From Lama guanicoe (lineage: Eukaryota): 50,956 nt of DNA. Under the pieces are notes generated by a model, which was given only the letters and a program-made list of their open reading frames with translations, did no database searches and was not told where the DNA came from. A program made the translations under genes and the position numbers. Shown here in pieces: positions 12,981 to 24,699 of this stretch. Positions within the stretch are counted from its first letter, which is position 1, and each line of letters starts with the position of its first letter. Location of the stretch: NCBI GenBank assembly GCA_013239625.1, contig MU053156.1:1-50956 (forward strand). The letters run 5' to 3'.

Positions 12981-14547
12981 AGACCAGCTGATTTTCTTTT
13001 CTATTCTATTATTGCTTTATTGTCTGTGAGTACAGAGCCTGTTTGATTTGAAATCTCCACGGTGAACCAGGAGATGACACCTAATGCGCACTTACTAAGA
13101 GAACAGAACAGGAACAGGCGGGCTCGGCTCCTCCTGGCTTGCCTTGCACTTTACCTGTGACAGAGCTGACATCTCTCTCATTCTTTTTCTCAGTCTATTG
13201 AGAAAAACCCATGATTTTACTTGGCCAACGTCATGAATTAAATTTAATATTTTCAAGGGGAAATCTTTCTCTCCCCCTTCAATTCCTGTGAAAATACAAC
13301 TTGGTGTTTATAATAAACTTACTGAGCTCATCTATGTTCACAGGTGTGGCTCCTCTCAATCCTTTCTTCCATTGCTTGTGTCATATTTATGCAGAAGGTT
13401 CTGCTGATCTGAAATAATGACTTTAGGAAGGTACTCTCACTCCACCGTTCTGTGGAAGAGGTAGTATACGGTTGCAATGATCAGTTTCTCACCAGCTAGG
13501 GAAAGACTCTGACATGCAAGTCACTGAACATATAAAAACGGGGTCTCAGGCTTTCTCTGTGAAAAAACGTTCAACTACTGATTCAGTTTCTTCAGTGCGT
13601 TCTATATTCAGTGCGTCCTGAGAACTGCAACACCATGTCTAGACATCTATCCTATACACACATCCTAAAGCTCTAAAAGACTCTGTACGAAGATAATCAT
13701 TGTTTCATTATAAACAATAAAACAGCAAAAAACCAAAACAACAAAAACCCTAAATGTTCATTAAGGAAGCAATAATTTAAAATGTTGGATAAGACTACTC
13801 TATGCATTACTATGTAGCAATATATTAAAAAGTATTAATAAAAAAGTAAATTAATAGGTAAGCAAATATAAACATTACACAGAATGATCCTATTGACATG
13901 AAAAACCAAAAAAATTCCAAATCCATAAATGTGTTCGTGTACGCAATTATACAAGAAATATAGATACTTTACGTTAAAAGGCTTACACCAAATTCTTCTT
14001 TGTTTTCTAATAACTACCTCCATATGCTGTGTCATCATAAACAGGAGGCATCTTTAATTATAAAATATTTTTCACTATTTTTTAAATTAAATATATTTCA
14101 TGCTGCTTTACAACCAGCTATACGCCATGAAAATCTAATTATATATTGTAGTCAAAGCTTATATAGAAGACAGTGTGCAACTTTTGAAAGCTGACATTTA
14201 AGGTCCTCTTCAGCATGCTCAACAGACAATGTAATTGTGCTTACCGATTTCATTAATCACTGCTCTTCTTTTGGAGACAAAAGGGCCAACTTTACTGGGA
14301 TTCATTTTGACTCTTTTCTTAAGATCAGCGCCTCCAAGGTATTTTATTTACAAATATAATCCAGTTATAAACAAAATTTTAAGGCAACGAATTGAAAATT
14401 TACTTAAGATTCATATATAACTTGAAAATAAGGCAGAATTTATCTACCAAACGAATTCTATTATCTAACTTTTCCATCCCAAAGACGCTGGTCAGCATCA
14501 GAAAGAATAAAATGTTTGTTCATACATCTACCATGTGCTTAAAGCAA

Positions 14548-14885
14548 TGGTTCTCAAGCTTTGTGGTCTCAGGCGCCATTCATACTCTTAGAGGAAGGGG
14601 TTTTGTTCAGATTATATAATATAAATCTACCAACAGTTATTCTATTATACAATGAAACAAAAATTTTAAAATATTTATTTATTCATTGAATAATACAAGT
14701 AAACCCATTCGTGTTAACAAATATCACTGCAGATTGATGCCACTTTCTTGGTTCCTGCAAATATGCTGGCACTTTACCCACCACTGCTTCTGCCCCATCA
14801 GTGCAAATGCCAACCCAGTGAAAAGGGCACCTCACTGCTGTGAAAACCATTGTGCCCTCATGGATGCCTGCTTGGTGACCACAGA
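14548..14885 (-). mobile_element. Charlie1-like hAT DNA transposon remnant
   Basis: TIR-like caatggttctcaagcttt; the minus strand reads VGICTDGAEAVVGK, the hAT transposase TDGA motif. Confidence 0.75.
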
Positions 14886-15199
14886 TCTCATTTAACAATC
14901 ACTCATTTCAAAGTATATACAAACCGACAGTGTGGTAATTAGTTCACCCCAGACTCATCACTTGGGAACAGATACAAATCAACATAAAGAATTCCTTAAG
15001 GGATTGTTTATTCTGTGGCTCAACAAAGACGTTCTTTTTTATAAAATTAACTTCTCTGGGACAAGGTAGGTCCATATTTAAATAAACAGACAAATAAACG
15101 ACAAAGTAGAATTACAGGACGGAAGGTATACGTTCAGATCCTCACTCTCTTACTAGCCCACTAGAAACTGATCATGACAGGACATCATATCGAGTATCA

Positions 15200-15850
15200 G
15201 CTGAGGCGGGGACATTATGAGCCCACACACTTCCTGAGGGAGTGAGAACTACAGCTGATCAAGCACACACCCCACACAACCCGTTACTTCTTAGGTATAC
15301 ATAGCCTAGAAAATCTCTCAAATACACGCCCAAGGAAACATGTACAATGACATTCAATGTAACATATATAAAAATAGCAAAACACTTGGAAATAACCTAG
15401 ACACTCAACAAAAGGATTAATAACAAAACTGGAACATATTTATGCAACAGAATGTTATATGTGCAACATGAAAATGAAGGAATTAAAGTATAAATATGGA
15501 TATATTTAACAATGTTGGAAGATTTATAAGTATAGAAATAAATATAACACATTTATAATTATATATAATTACAGAAAGATACAAAGGATAATAATCATTT
15601 ACATAAGTTTTTAAAAGAAGAATGCTACTTAGGGATATAAAACATGCATGGAAGTAATAAACTCCAAATTCAATTGGTGGTGACCTCAGCAGAGTGGAGG
15701 GATGTGCCTGGCAAAGGACACAGAGAACTTCAATCTTTTTTGTAATACTGTGTTGCTTAAGTTAGGTGATGGATTCTCAATATGTTACTCTTTAAACGTT
15801 TTTAGATGTCTGGTATAATATCTTCATAACTAATTTTTTCTATGAAAAGT
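15200..15850 (+). mobile_element. Old LINE-1 3' fragment (L1ME-like)
   Basis: acttcttaggtatacatagcctagaaaatctctc...tggaaataacctag...ttgcttaagttaggtgatgg. Confidence 0.6.
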
Positions 15851-16429
15851 AAAAATTTAGCAGAGAAAAAAAGTAGGATCAAAAAATTCTACATTAAATT
15901 AGTAGGATGTATTTGTTAATGCAGTACTGGTTCAAACTCACTGTCATTTAACACTGAGAATATAACTGTAAACTGAGAATATAAAATGTTGCTTAGTGCA
16001 TGTTAGCTAATAATACATATTCTTTAACAAAAGTAGCTAAAAGTAGTGTGATACGGGGGAAGGGAGTGGACGAAGGAGGAGCCAAAGCAACGAAGAAGTG
16101 GAAGTAGATGGGACAGATGAGGACTCTGGATGAGGTGGTCCTGAGGGGCCCCTGTAACTGCATCATGGGATCCATCATGTTGTCTGGTCCCAGGACACCA
16201 TGAGGGAGCACTCTAACACACCAGAGGTCTGACGGGCGCTTTTCCAACATTCTGACCCTGCGACCACACAGCATGCTTTGAAAAGCACACTTGGGTTAAA
16301 GAGACCAGGCTGCTGGAAGCCATGGCAGGAGCCAAAGAGAATCAAGGTTTGCTCGTAACACTTGCGGCCCATTCACTGCACACCAGTCCCAGCAGAGAAG
16401 TCCTGGAATACAGCTTTACCCACACAACA

Positions 16430-19400
16430 GTGTGAGACAGAAAATTAGCACCTTTAAAGTCAGGAAGGAAAATAACTGCCCTCTGAGAATTCCAAATGAA
16501 TCAAATCTATCCATCAGAAATGATGGTGAAATAAAGACATTTTCACACACCCACTCAGACACACACACACACACACAATTGGACGTCAGCAGGCCCACAC
16601 TAAAAGAAACACTACAGGGAAATCTTCACACAGGTTATGCAAGGAGAGTTGAAAATCTTATTTCATACCGCTTACAAGAGATAAGTCTTAAAATATAAGA
16701 GCACAGACTGGCTAAAGAAAAAGGGTAAAAACAACATGCAAATATCAAGCAAAAGAAAACTTGCAAAGTCATCTTAATCTCTGACAAGGGAGAACGAGGG
16801 CAAGAAACATGACTCAAGACAGAGGGTCACTTTACAATAGCAAACATGCTGATCCATTAAGAAAGTTCTAAGAATTATAAATAAAAAACAAAAGACAGTT
16901 CTAAAATATAAGAAGCAAAAACTGACACATCGACAACCACAGTGGGTTTTAACAGATCTCTCACAGGCGCTGAAAAAGCAAGCAGTCAAATACCCTTATC
17001 AAGTATCCCTAACTAGAAATAGAAAAAAGGGAGGGAAAAAAATCCCAAAATAGAAGAAAAGAAAGATTAAAAACTAGAGTAAAAAATAATTTTGTAAATA
17101 GAAAATACATGTGCAAGAGAGAAAAATCAAAGTAGTTGGCTCTTTGAGAAAAACTAAAATAAATAAAAGGCCTTTTAGCAAGACTCATAATGGAGGATCA
17201 AAGAAAGCACAAATTCCATACAAGAATGAAAGGAGGCTGGTACTAAGGATTTTACAGACAATGAAACAGTAAGGGAATATTATTAACAACTCTGGCCCAA
17301 TTAATTTGAAAAACGACAAACAAATTTCTAGGAAAACACAACTTACCAAAACTGACAAACAGAAAATCTGAAAACACAAATACATATTAAAGGAACTGAA
17401 AATGTAATTCAGTTTCTCGAGTAAAGTCTCTACTCAAATCTTTTGCTAATTTTTTTCCTAAATAATTTGTTTTCTTCTTGGATACAAGTGTTTTTCAGAA
17501 GTATGATTCACAAACATTTTCTCGCCATCTGTGGCTTATCTTTTGATAATTCTTGATGGGTTTGGGAAGTTTTAATTTTAAAGAAGTCCAGTTCATCAAT
17601 TTTTCTCTTTTATTACTTGTGCTTTTTGTGCCCTTTCTAATCAATCTTCATTATTAGTTAAAAAGTCACAGCAAACTAGGAATAAAAATTTTTTTGATCT
17701 CATAAAGAGCAATTATAAAATACCTATAGCTAACATCACTTTTAATGGTCAATTATTTCATCTCAGAGATCAAGAAATTATACAGATGGGAACAGATGTA
17801 CTAGTCAGTGTAATAAGAAAGGTTTTTTAATTGCAAAGATCAGAAGAAAAAAATAAAACTGGCATTGTTAACAGATAGCTTAATCACACATGAAACATAG
17901 CCAAAAGAATTTACAAATACTGTAAATAAGTGAATTTAGTAAGGTTGCTAATACAAGTTCAATATATGAAAACCAGCTGTCTTTCTATACAGTAGCAAAA
18001 GAAATTTGTGCAATTTTAAAAAGGTATCATTTATATTAACATTAAAAAGATCAAACAGCCAAGGAATAAATCTAATAAAAGATGTATACGATCTTGACAC
18101 AAAAACCTATGAAATCTAAATTAAAGCAGTCCTAAATAAATGGAGAACTGCATCATGTTTATGGAGTAGTACTGTATGGAGTGTTGGTAGACTCCATGCT
18201 AAAAGATGTAAATTCGCTCCAAATTAATAGATTCAGTGTGGTTCCAATCAAAGCCCTAATGCTTTCAGAAACTGACAAAATGAATATGCAAAAGCCTAAT
18301 AATACTCAAGATAACTCTTGAAGAAGAAAAGGCTGAAGAATGAAGAAAAAGTTGAAGTGTTTATACTAAAAGATACACTATAAAGCTACAGTCGTTAAGA
18401 GAACTTCAAATTGGCTCAAAGATAAACAGAGCAATGGAACAAAACAGCAAGTCCAGAAAATATCTGCCTGATTTATGACAAAGATGGCACTGCTGGAACA
18501 TGCCAATAAATGGGAATAAGGCCACTGGAGGTTCATATGGGAAAAAACAGTTCTTGACCCTTCATATTATATACACAAACAAATCAATTAATGGTGAATT
18601 ACTGCCTGAATGTGAAAGGTCAAACAATTAACTTCTAAATGAAAACATCCAAAGATATCTTCAAGACATTAGTAAAAAGATTTTTAAAAGATTTCCCCAA
18701 AACTTCTAAAAGGAAAACACCAGATTTCACTGAAATTAAAATCTTCTGTTCCTCAAAAGATACCATTAAGCGAGGGAATATGGAAGTGAAAGAATGAAAA
18801 AAGTTACCTGAAATACACATGCCCTGTGCACATAAAGAGCTGTAAATTGGGAAGATAAAATAGCCAACTATCAAATACAAGTAAACGATACAGACAATTC
18901 ACAAAAGAGGGCATCATACCGGCTAATAAAGACATGAAAAGGAGTATGACATAATTAACCAACAAGGAAACATAAATTAAAAACACAATTTTATAAGCAA
19001 TACAGAGTTAAAGTGTTAGTGAAGGTAGGAGCAATGAAAACTCTGATTTAATGCTGCTGGGGGTAAAAATCACTTTGGAAAGCAATCCCACCCCAAGTGC
19101 ACACATGCATCAGAAATGCATGATATGTAACTAAAAAAACATGCACAATACATATAAAATAAACAAGCTTATACTGTACAGCGCAGGGAAATATATTCAA
19201 GATCTTGTAGTAGTTCACAGTAAAAAAAGAATATGAAAATGAATATATGTACAGGTATGACTGAAGAATTGTGCTGTACAGCAGAAACTGACACAACACT
19301 GTAAACTGACTATAACTCAATTAAAAAATGCACAAGCACATTCATAGAAGCATTATTCAGAATAGCTGAAACCAGCAACACCCCAAATACTCAACAACAG

Positions 19401-19785
19401 CATAACAAACTGTGAAATACTCCCAAATGTGATCATGCTATTCCTAGGTGAACAGTACGTACTGAACCCCACAAACATGCTGAGTAGAAGTCAGCCTTAG
19501 ACCACGTGCTGGATAATTCCAGTTCCATAAAGTTTGAAAACAGGAAAAATTAGTACTTGGTAATAAAAATCAGAAAAACTCCCAGCATCTTTTGGGTGAG
19601 CGATGGTTAATGAGAAGAAGGGGCGTAAGGAATGCGCTGTGGTGTGCTGGTAAGGGTAGTGTTCATTTCTTAATGTGGGCGGTGACTGCACAGGTGAGTT
19701 CATTTTGCAGAAATTTATTACATGCTTATGGTCTGCGTGATTTCGCATATGTTCATTATAATTCAATTTAAAAGTTTATGTTAAA
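16430..19785 (+). mobile_element. Fragmented old LINE-1 (end of ORF1, ORF2, 3' UTR) with a short antisense piece at about 17420-17645
   Basis: Colinear L1 motifs: gatggtgaaataaagacattttca, agtgaatttagtaaggttgc, agatggcactgc; (CA)n at about 16559-16577. Confidence 0.75.
19153..19328 (+). mobile_element. Young 5'-truncated LINE-1 3' end nested in the older L1
   Basis: aaacaagcttatactgtacagcgcagggaaatatattcaagatcttgtag...aactgactataactcaatt; TSD-like atgcacaa on both sides (19141-19148, 19328-19335). Confidence 0.8.
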
Positions 19786-19795
19786 AATACTCCTT

Positions 19796-19912
19796 CTGCA
19801 GCCAATTTCCCCAAGGAGGCCTGGTGTGCAATGGCTGCAGACAGGAGCCCCCTCAGTAGTGCACGCAGTCTGCTGCTTGTATGGACTGCCTTAAGGGACC
19901 TTGGAGACAGCC
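19796..19912 (+). ncRNA. SNORA70: SNORA70 (U70) H/ACA snoRNA retrocopy, probably non-functional
   Basis: ctgcagccaat...gtgtgcaatggctgcag hairpin, H box ACAGGA (19841-19846), second hairpin ending aagggaccttggag, ACA box at 19907-19909; 5' hairpin is shortened relative to recalled U70. Confidence 0.9.
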
Positions 19913-19959
19913 CTTTCCAGTGGACATTCATGTCTAACTTCATGCTGTCCCCAGTCTAG

Positions 19960-20294
19960 GCTCCAGACAGGTATGCAGGGTGCCTCTGGAAAGTCCCAGC
20001 ACACAGGACCCAGGGGCCACACTGGCCAAGTCATCGTGCCCACCCACACCAGCTGCAGAACAAGGAGCATGTGACTGAGGTCCGATGCAGGGCCAAGTTC
20101 AAGTTCCCTGGCCCCAGAAGACCCATATTCCCAAGAAGTGAAGATTTACTAAGTTTAATGCAGAGGAATTTCAAGACATGGTGGCAGAGAAGTGGATCAT
20201 CCTACACGGCTGGGGGTTAAATACATCCCTAATTGTGGCCGTCTAGGCAAATGGCAGGCCCTGAACTCATGAGAGCCGTGGTGCTTTCCCCTCC
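19960..20294 (+). pseudogene. RPL10: RPL10 retro-pseudogene, last two coding exons spliced together
   Basis: Reads LQTGMQGASGK..., LQNKEHV..., AKFKFPG..., FTKFNAEEFQDMVAEK..., KWQALNS-stop (TGA 20270-20272); several 1-nt deletions and TGG>TGA at 20139-20141. Confidence 0.95.
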
Positions 20295-20299
20295 AGAAG

Positions 20300-20800
20300 C
20301 TTGACTTTCTCAAAGAACCAGCTTTGGACTTAACCATCCTCACTACTTACTATGTGTTTTCCATGTCATACGCTTATGTTCATCTTCATCCCCTTCCTTC
20401 TACCCTATCTGGGTTTATTCTGTAGTTATTTTTGTCATTTTTTAAGTTGGATTCTTAGTTTATTCATCCTGAGCGTTTATTCTTTAAGTACAATCTTAAC
20501 TATATTATATAACTTTTAAAGTATTTTGTTAGAATTTAATTCTGAGTATGTTCTAATTTCCATTATAATTCCTTTCTTGAGCTGTAAGTTACTCAGAAGT
20601 TATTTAAAGTTTCTCAATGTAGGGGACTTCTTCTAATTATCTTTTGTAAATGGCTTGTATCTTAGCTGCCTGTAGTCACAGAACTCAGCCTTTGAAGTCT
20701 GTGGAGGTTTTATATTTTATAGCCAAGCAGATGGTTAATTTTCATGAATATTCCATGTGTACTTGAAAGGGATGCACAGTCAGCTACTGGGGACAGTGAT
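20300..20800 (-). mobile_element. Old LINE-1 ORF2 fragment, antisense
   Basis: tttctcaaagaaccagcttt and gaatattccatgtgtacttgaaa match reversed L1 ORF2. Confidence 0.7.
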
Positions 20801-20818
20801 CCACACAGGTACGTTACA

Positions 20819-21730
20819 TTAACCCTCAGCAGGCCAGGAAAAATAATCAACTCCCTTTATCAGCCGAGTCAATAGACTCTTCTATTTCATATTTAGGTCA
20901 TTATATAAATAATTTACAGAAAAATGAAAGGATAGTAAAAAAACAAATTAGCTGAAAACTGTAGTCAAAATTGAAATACAGACACCCCATATTTTAATAT
21001 TTTCCTGGTATGTGCACATGTGTATTATATACACACATACCTACAAATACACACGTGTGAATATACGTATACACATATCACACACACACAAACACACGTG
21101 AAAGGGCTATATCATTTGAATAAAACTGGTCAACTGACATGCACGAACCAGGGACATATAGTTTTATACAATCTGTTCCTAGATTTCAAATATATCTCTA
21201 CCACATGACCATCACTTCTGCTGCTTCTTGAACTTGGACTGCGGAAATGGAGTGCTTCTGAAAATCGATGGCTTATAAACCTGTTGAGGACAGCCATATT
21301 CTTTGTTCCCTGACTGTAAAATATTTTCATTTGCCGATTTATAAACATCCATCAGAATGATCAAGCCAATGACTTGTTTTCTTTTCTCTATTACATGTTC
21401 TCTTCCTATCACCTTTGTATACACACCTGCTGTCAACACTCTTCAAGTAAATGTTTGTGCACAACATTACATGAAATTCAAGAATATTGTCACACATCCT
21501 TCTGGCAAAATGGGACAGTCTTAACTTCCTGCCATAAAAACACCACATGATGAAGCCCTTCCTGCCTAATGACTAACTTGATGCAAATTCCGTATTTCCT
21601 TTATATAAACCACAGAAATGTACTGCTCACTGATCAATTCTTCAGTTCAAGAAAATTCATCTAGGATATTGTCATCTGATGACTCACAGTCTAAGATTTC
21701 ACTCATATGATCAAGTTCACCATTGTAATG
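20819..21730 (-). mobile_element. piggyBac-family transposase fossil (Looper-like)
   Basis: TTAA+CCCT terminus at 20819-20826; frameshifted minus-strand peptides SHFARRMCDNIL, KQVIGLIILMDVYKSANENILQ, YVPGSCMSVD and PGKY in piggyBac transposase order. Confidence 0.85.
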
Positions 21731-22739
21731 AGGGCCTAGAATCCCACTGTCTGTTTTGACCATTATTTTATCCATCTAACAACTGCGAAATGTCTTCCTG
21801 TCAACTTTTCTACGCTTAACCGTTATAGGTAGAAAATGAAAAATTCTAAATTCTCAACCGTGTTCAATGAAAACTGAAAGACTACAAAGATGGTATCTCC
21901 AGACTTCATTTATATTTTCTAAAAGTATGTGCAACTCTTAAGGCAATGCAACAAAGACTCAAAGATAATGCAGGAACATTGACACTTTTCTGTACAAATC
22001 CTTCATTCTTCTATTTTTTTCTTATTTTAGTTTTTCTTAGCATAGTTGGGAATAAAGGCTAATAAAATCTAGGAAGATGAAATTTCCAATATAAAGATAT
22101 TGTGATGTAAGAATCTACAGCATCTTAGATTCATAAAAAGGTCCAATGAACCATACAGAAACTAGAAAAAGAAAATGAGTGTTAATTTTCTTTTCTAAAG
22201 CAAATTTTCTGTTCTTCAGAGGACCTTCAGGAAAGAATGAAAGTCATAAAACATCAATTCATAAAAGGAGAGATGTTTTTCTAGTTTTCATAAAAGTACA
22301 ATTCATAGAAGATGTCAATTTTTCCACTATATATTTTGAGGCTGTTTCTAACAGCATAAAAGTTGAGAATTACACCTACCTGGGGAATTGAACCTTTTAT
22401 CGTGACCTACCGACTCTCTTTATCTCTGATAACTATTTCTAATAGAACTTTGTTTCAAAGTCCATTTCATTTGGTATCAATATATTTATATGAGCTTTCT
22501 TTTAGTCAGTATTGGACTGGAGTATCTTTTTCTCCTCTTCAGCTTTCAAGCTATATCCTTAGGTTTTAAGCGTTTCTTACAGCAGCTAGGTGATAACTTT
22601 CCTTAAGCCGACAATTGTTTGTCTTCTAAAGAATTTAGTACACTGACATTGACTATGATACATAATAAATTTGAATTTATTTCAACCACTGCATTTGAGG
22701 ATAGCTCATTAGTTCTTTTTCTTCTCCTTCCACCTCCCT

Positions 22740-23838
22740 CTCTGTTTTTCACCATCTTCTGGACTATTCTGCTTGTTCTTATTTCATTTACTCAGAGGTT
22801 TAAATACCACCTGTATACCAATGATATCAAAATTTTTACCTCAAGCCCAGACCTCTACCCTGAACTACAGACTCCTAAGTCCAACTGCCTACTAGACACA
22901 TCCAGCTGAATGTCTAATATGCATCTCAAACACCACAGACACTCCCCTCCCCCAGAACATGCTCCTCCTGCCTTCTTCCACTTGTCAACTGATGAATACT
23001 CCATCCTTCCAATGTTCAGATCAAAACAGAGTCAACCTTGACTCTTCTCCCTCATACCCACTCCTTTCCATCAATAAATCCCTGTCTCCACCTTCAAAAT
23101 ATATGTAAAATCCAACAAGTTTTCACTACCTCCACCACCGCTACATTGGTCCAAGTACAATCTTAACTGTTGAGGATCAAAAGGCACAAGTTCTGGAACA
23201 GTCTGCTCTCAACACACAGCCAGAGCAAGCCTTTTAAAACTTGAGTCATATCAAGTCACGCCTTAGCTTAAAACACCCCAGAGTCTTTTCACTCAGAGTA
23301 GAAGCAGAACGTCTACGTCACTTGGACTCTGCATGACTTGGACTCCTACCTCTGTGACGTCACCTCCTAGCTCTCTTCCTCTCATTCACCCTGCTCCAGA
23401 CATTAAAACTTCTTGCTCTTCCATTACCTTGCAAAGTATGACGTTGCCTCCAGGCTCTGTTCTTGCTTCCCCCTCTGCCTGAAACACTCCTCCACAGACA
23501 CTCATAAGGTTCACTAGTTCACTTCTCCAGGACTCTCTACCAATTTATCTCCTCACCGAGGCTTTCCCTCTCCACCACATATAGAACAGCAATCCTCCAC
23601 ACCAGCCACAACAACTCATTCGTTTTGCCCAGTTTGATTTGCATTCAGAGCACTTAATAGACACTGTAAATATTTACAATAGTGTTTTTTAACTGCCTCC
23701 CCCACCTCCATGCCTTGGGGCTCCTCAAGAACAGGTCTTTTTTACTGCTGAATCACCAGATCCTAGAACACTACCTAGCCCATGACAGGTTCCCTCCAAG
23801 AAATCTGAGGAAGAAATCAATGAATAAATTAAACGAAT
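22740..23838 (+). mobile_element. LINE-2 3' portion
   Basis: cccagacctctaccctgaactacagactc...ccaactgcctactagacacatcc, ending aatcaatgaataaattaaacgaat. Confidence 0.85.
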
Positions 23839-23904
23839 CCAAGTTTTTCTTTATAGTTGGACCGTAATAGAAGACAGTTTATAGCAGGAATTTTCAAATT
23901 CATG

Positions 23905-24385
23905 AACACTGGCTATCTACTTAGCATCTACCACCTTCTTCCCACTTCCTAAAGGGAGCCTTATGTTTGTTCTGGTCTCGGCCTCTGGCCCGCCCCCATC
24001 CCTCACCCCCCATTCCATGTACTCTGAAAGAAGTTAAACCCACTCCCACATCTAGGGGTCAGTTCTGGCTGGCTTGAGCTAACCAGCACACTTTCTTCCC
24101 CCAAGAATCAAATCAAGATCAATCTGAGGGCTCCAGCCTGAATTTGGGCAAAAGTGTTCTCTTCATTTCAACATGGTCATCTGTGGATGAGAGGCCCTGA
24201 ACTACTAAAGCTTCAGGCTACCAAGCTGGGAGTGAAGCTGGCAGACAGAAAAGAGCGAAGCCAAAGGAACTTCACAACAATCCAGAATCACTCAACTAGA
24301 ACAATCCTAACAACGTTATAAGTGTAAGTAAGTTCGCAATCCATTTTTCTGTAACATGAAACTGAGAGAATCCTAACTGATGCTT
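23905..24385 (+). mobile_element. MaLR LTR (MLT1-like)
   Basis: Ends ttttctgtaacatgaaactgagagaatcctaactgat, typical of an MLT1 3' end. Confidence 0.65.
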
Positions 24386-24699
24386 GTTATGTCCTAGATG
24401 ATACATTATAAATGGTAACAAATGGGTCCAGCTTCAGGCTACTCCGTTCTCAAGGAATGGGATCTTCACTGGTGAGGGCATAAAGCTTAGCCCTAATCAT
24501 TACAGGGAACTTCCAGCCAAGGTTCTGAGTGAGAGAGGACCAACTAAAGCTCAGGAGCATAGTCGTCTTGTTATGACTACACTCACAGCTTCACAGACCT
24601 TAACAGCAACACTAATCCTTAAGTACTTTTAGCTTAGACTTCATCCTGGATGAATTAAAACTACATTTTAATTCAAATAAATTTAAGATTTCAGTCTAT

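Noticed and set aside
13590..15983. Small direct duplications (ttcagtgcgt x2 near 13590; actgagaatata x2 near 15953)
   Set aside because: Ordinary slippage duplications with no further structure.
15993..16400. GC-richer segment with short ORFs
   Set aside because: No homology recognised and no clear exon boundaries.
21130..21548. Domesticated PGBD-type gene
   Set aside because: Many frameshifts and stops, and truncated after the first catalytic region.
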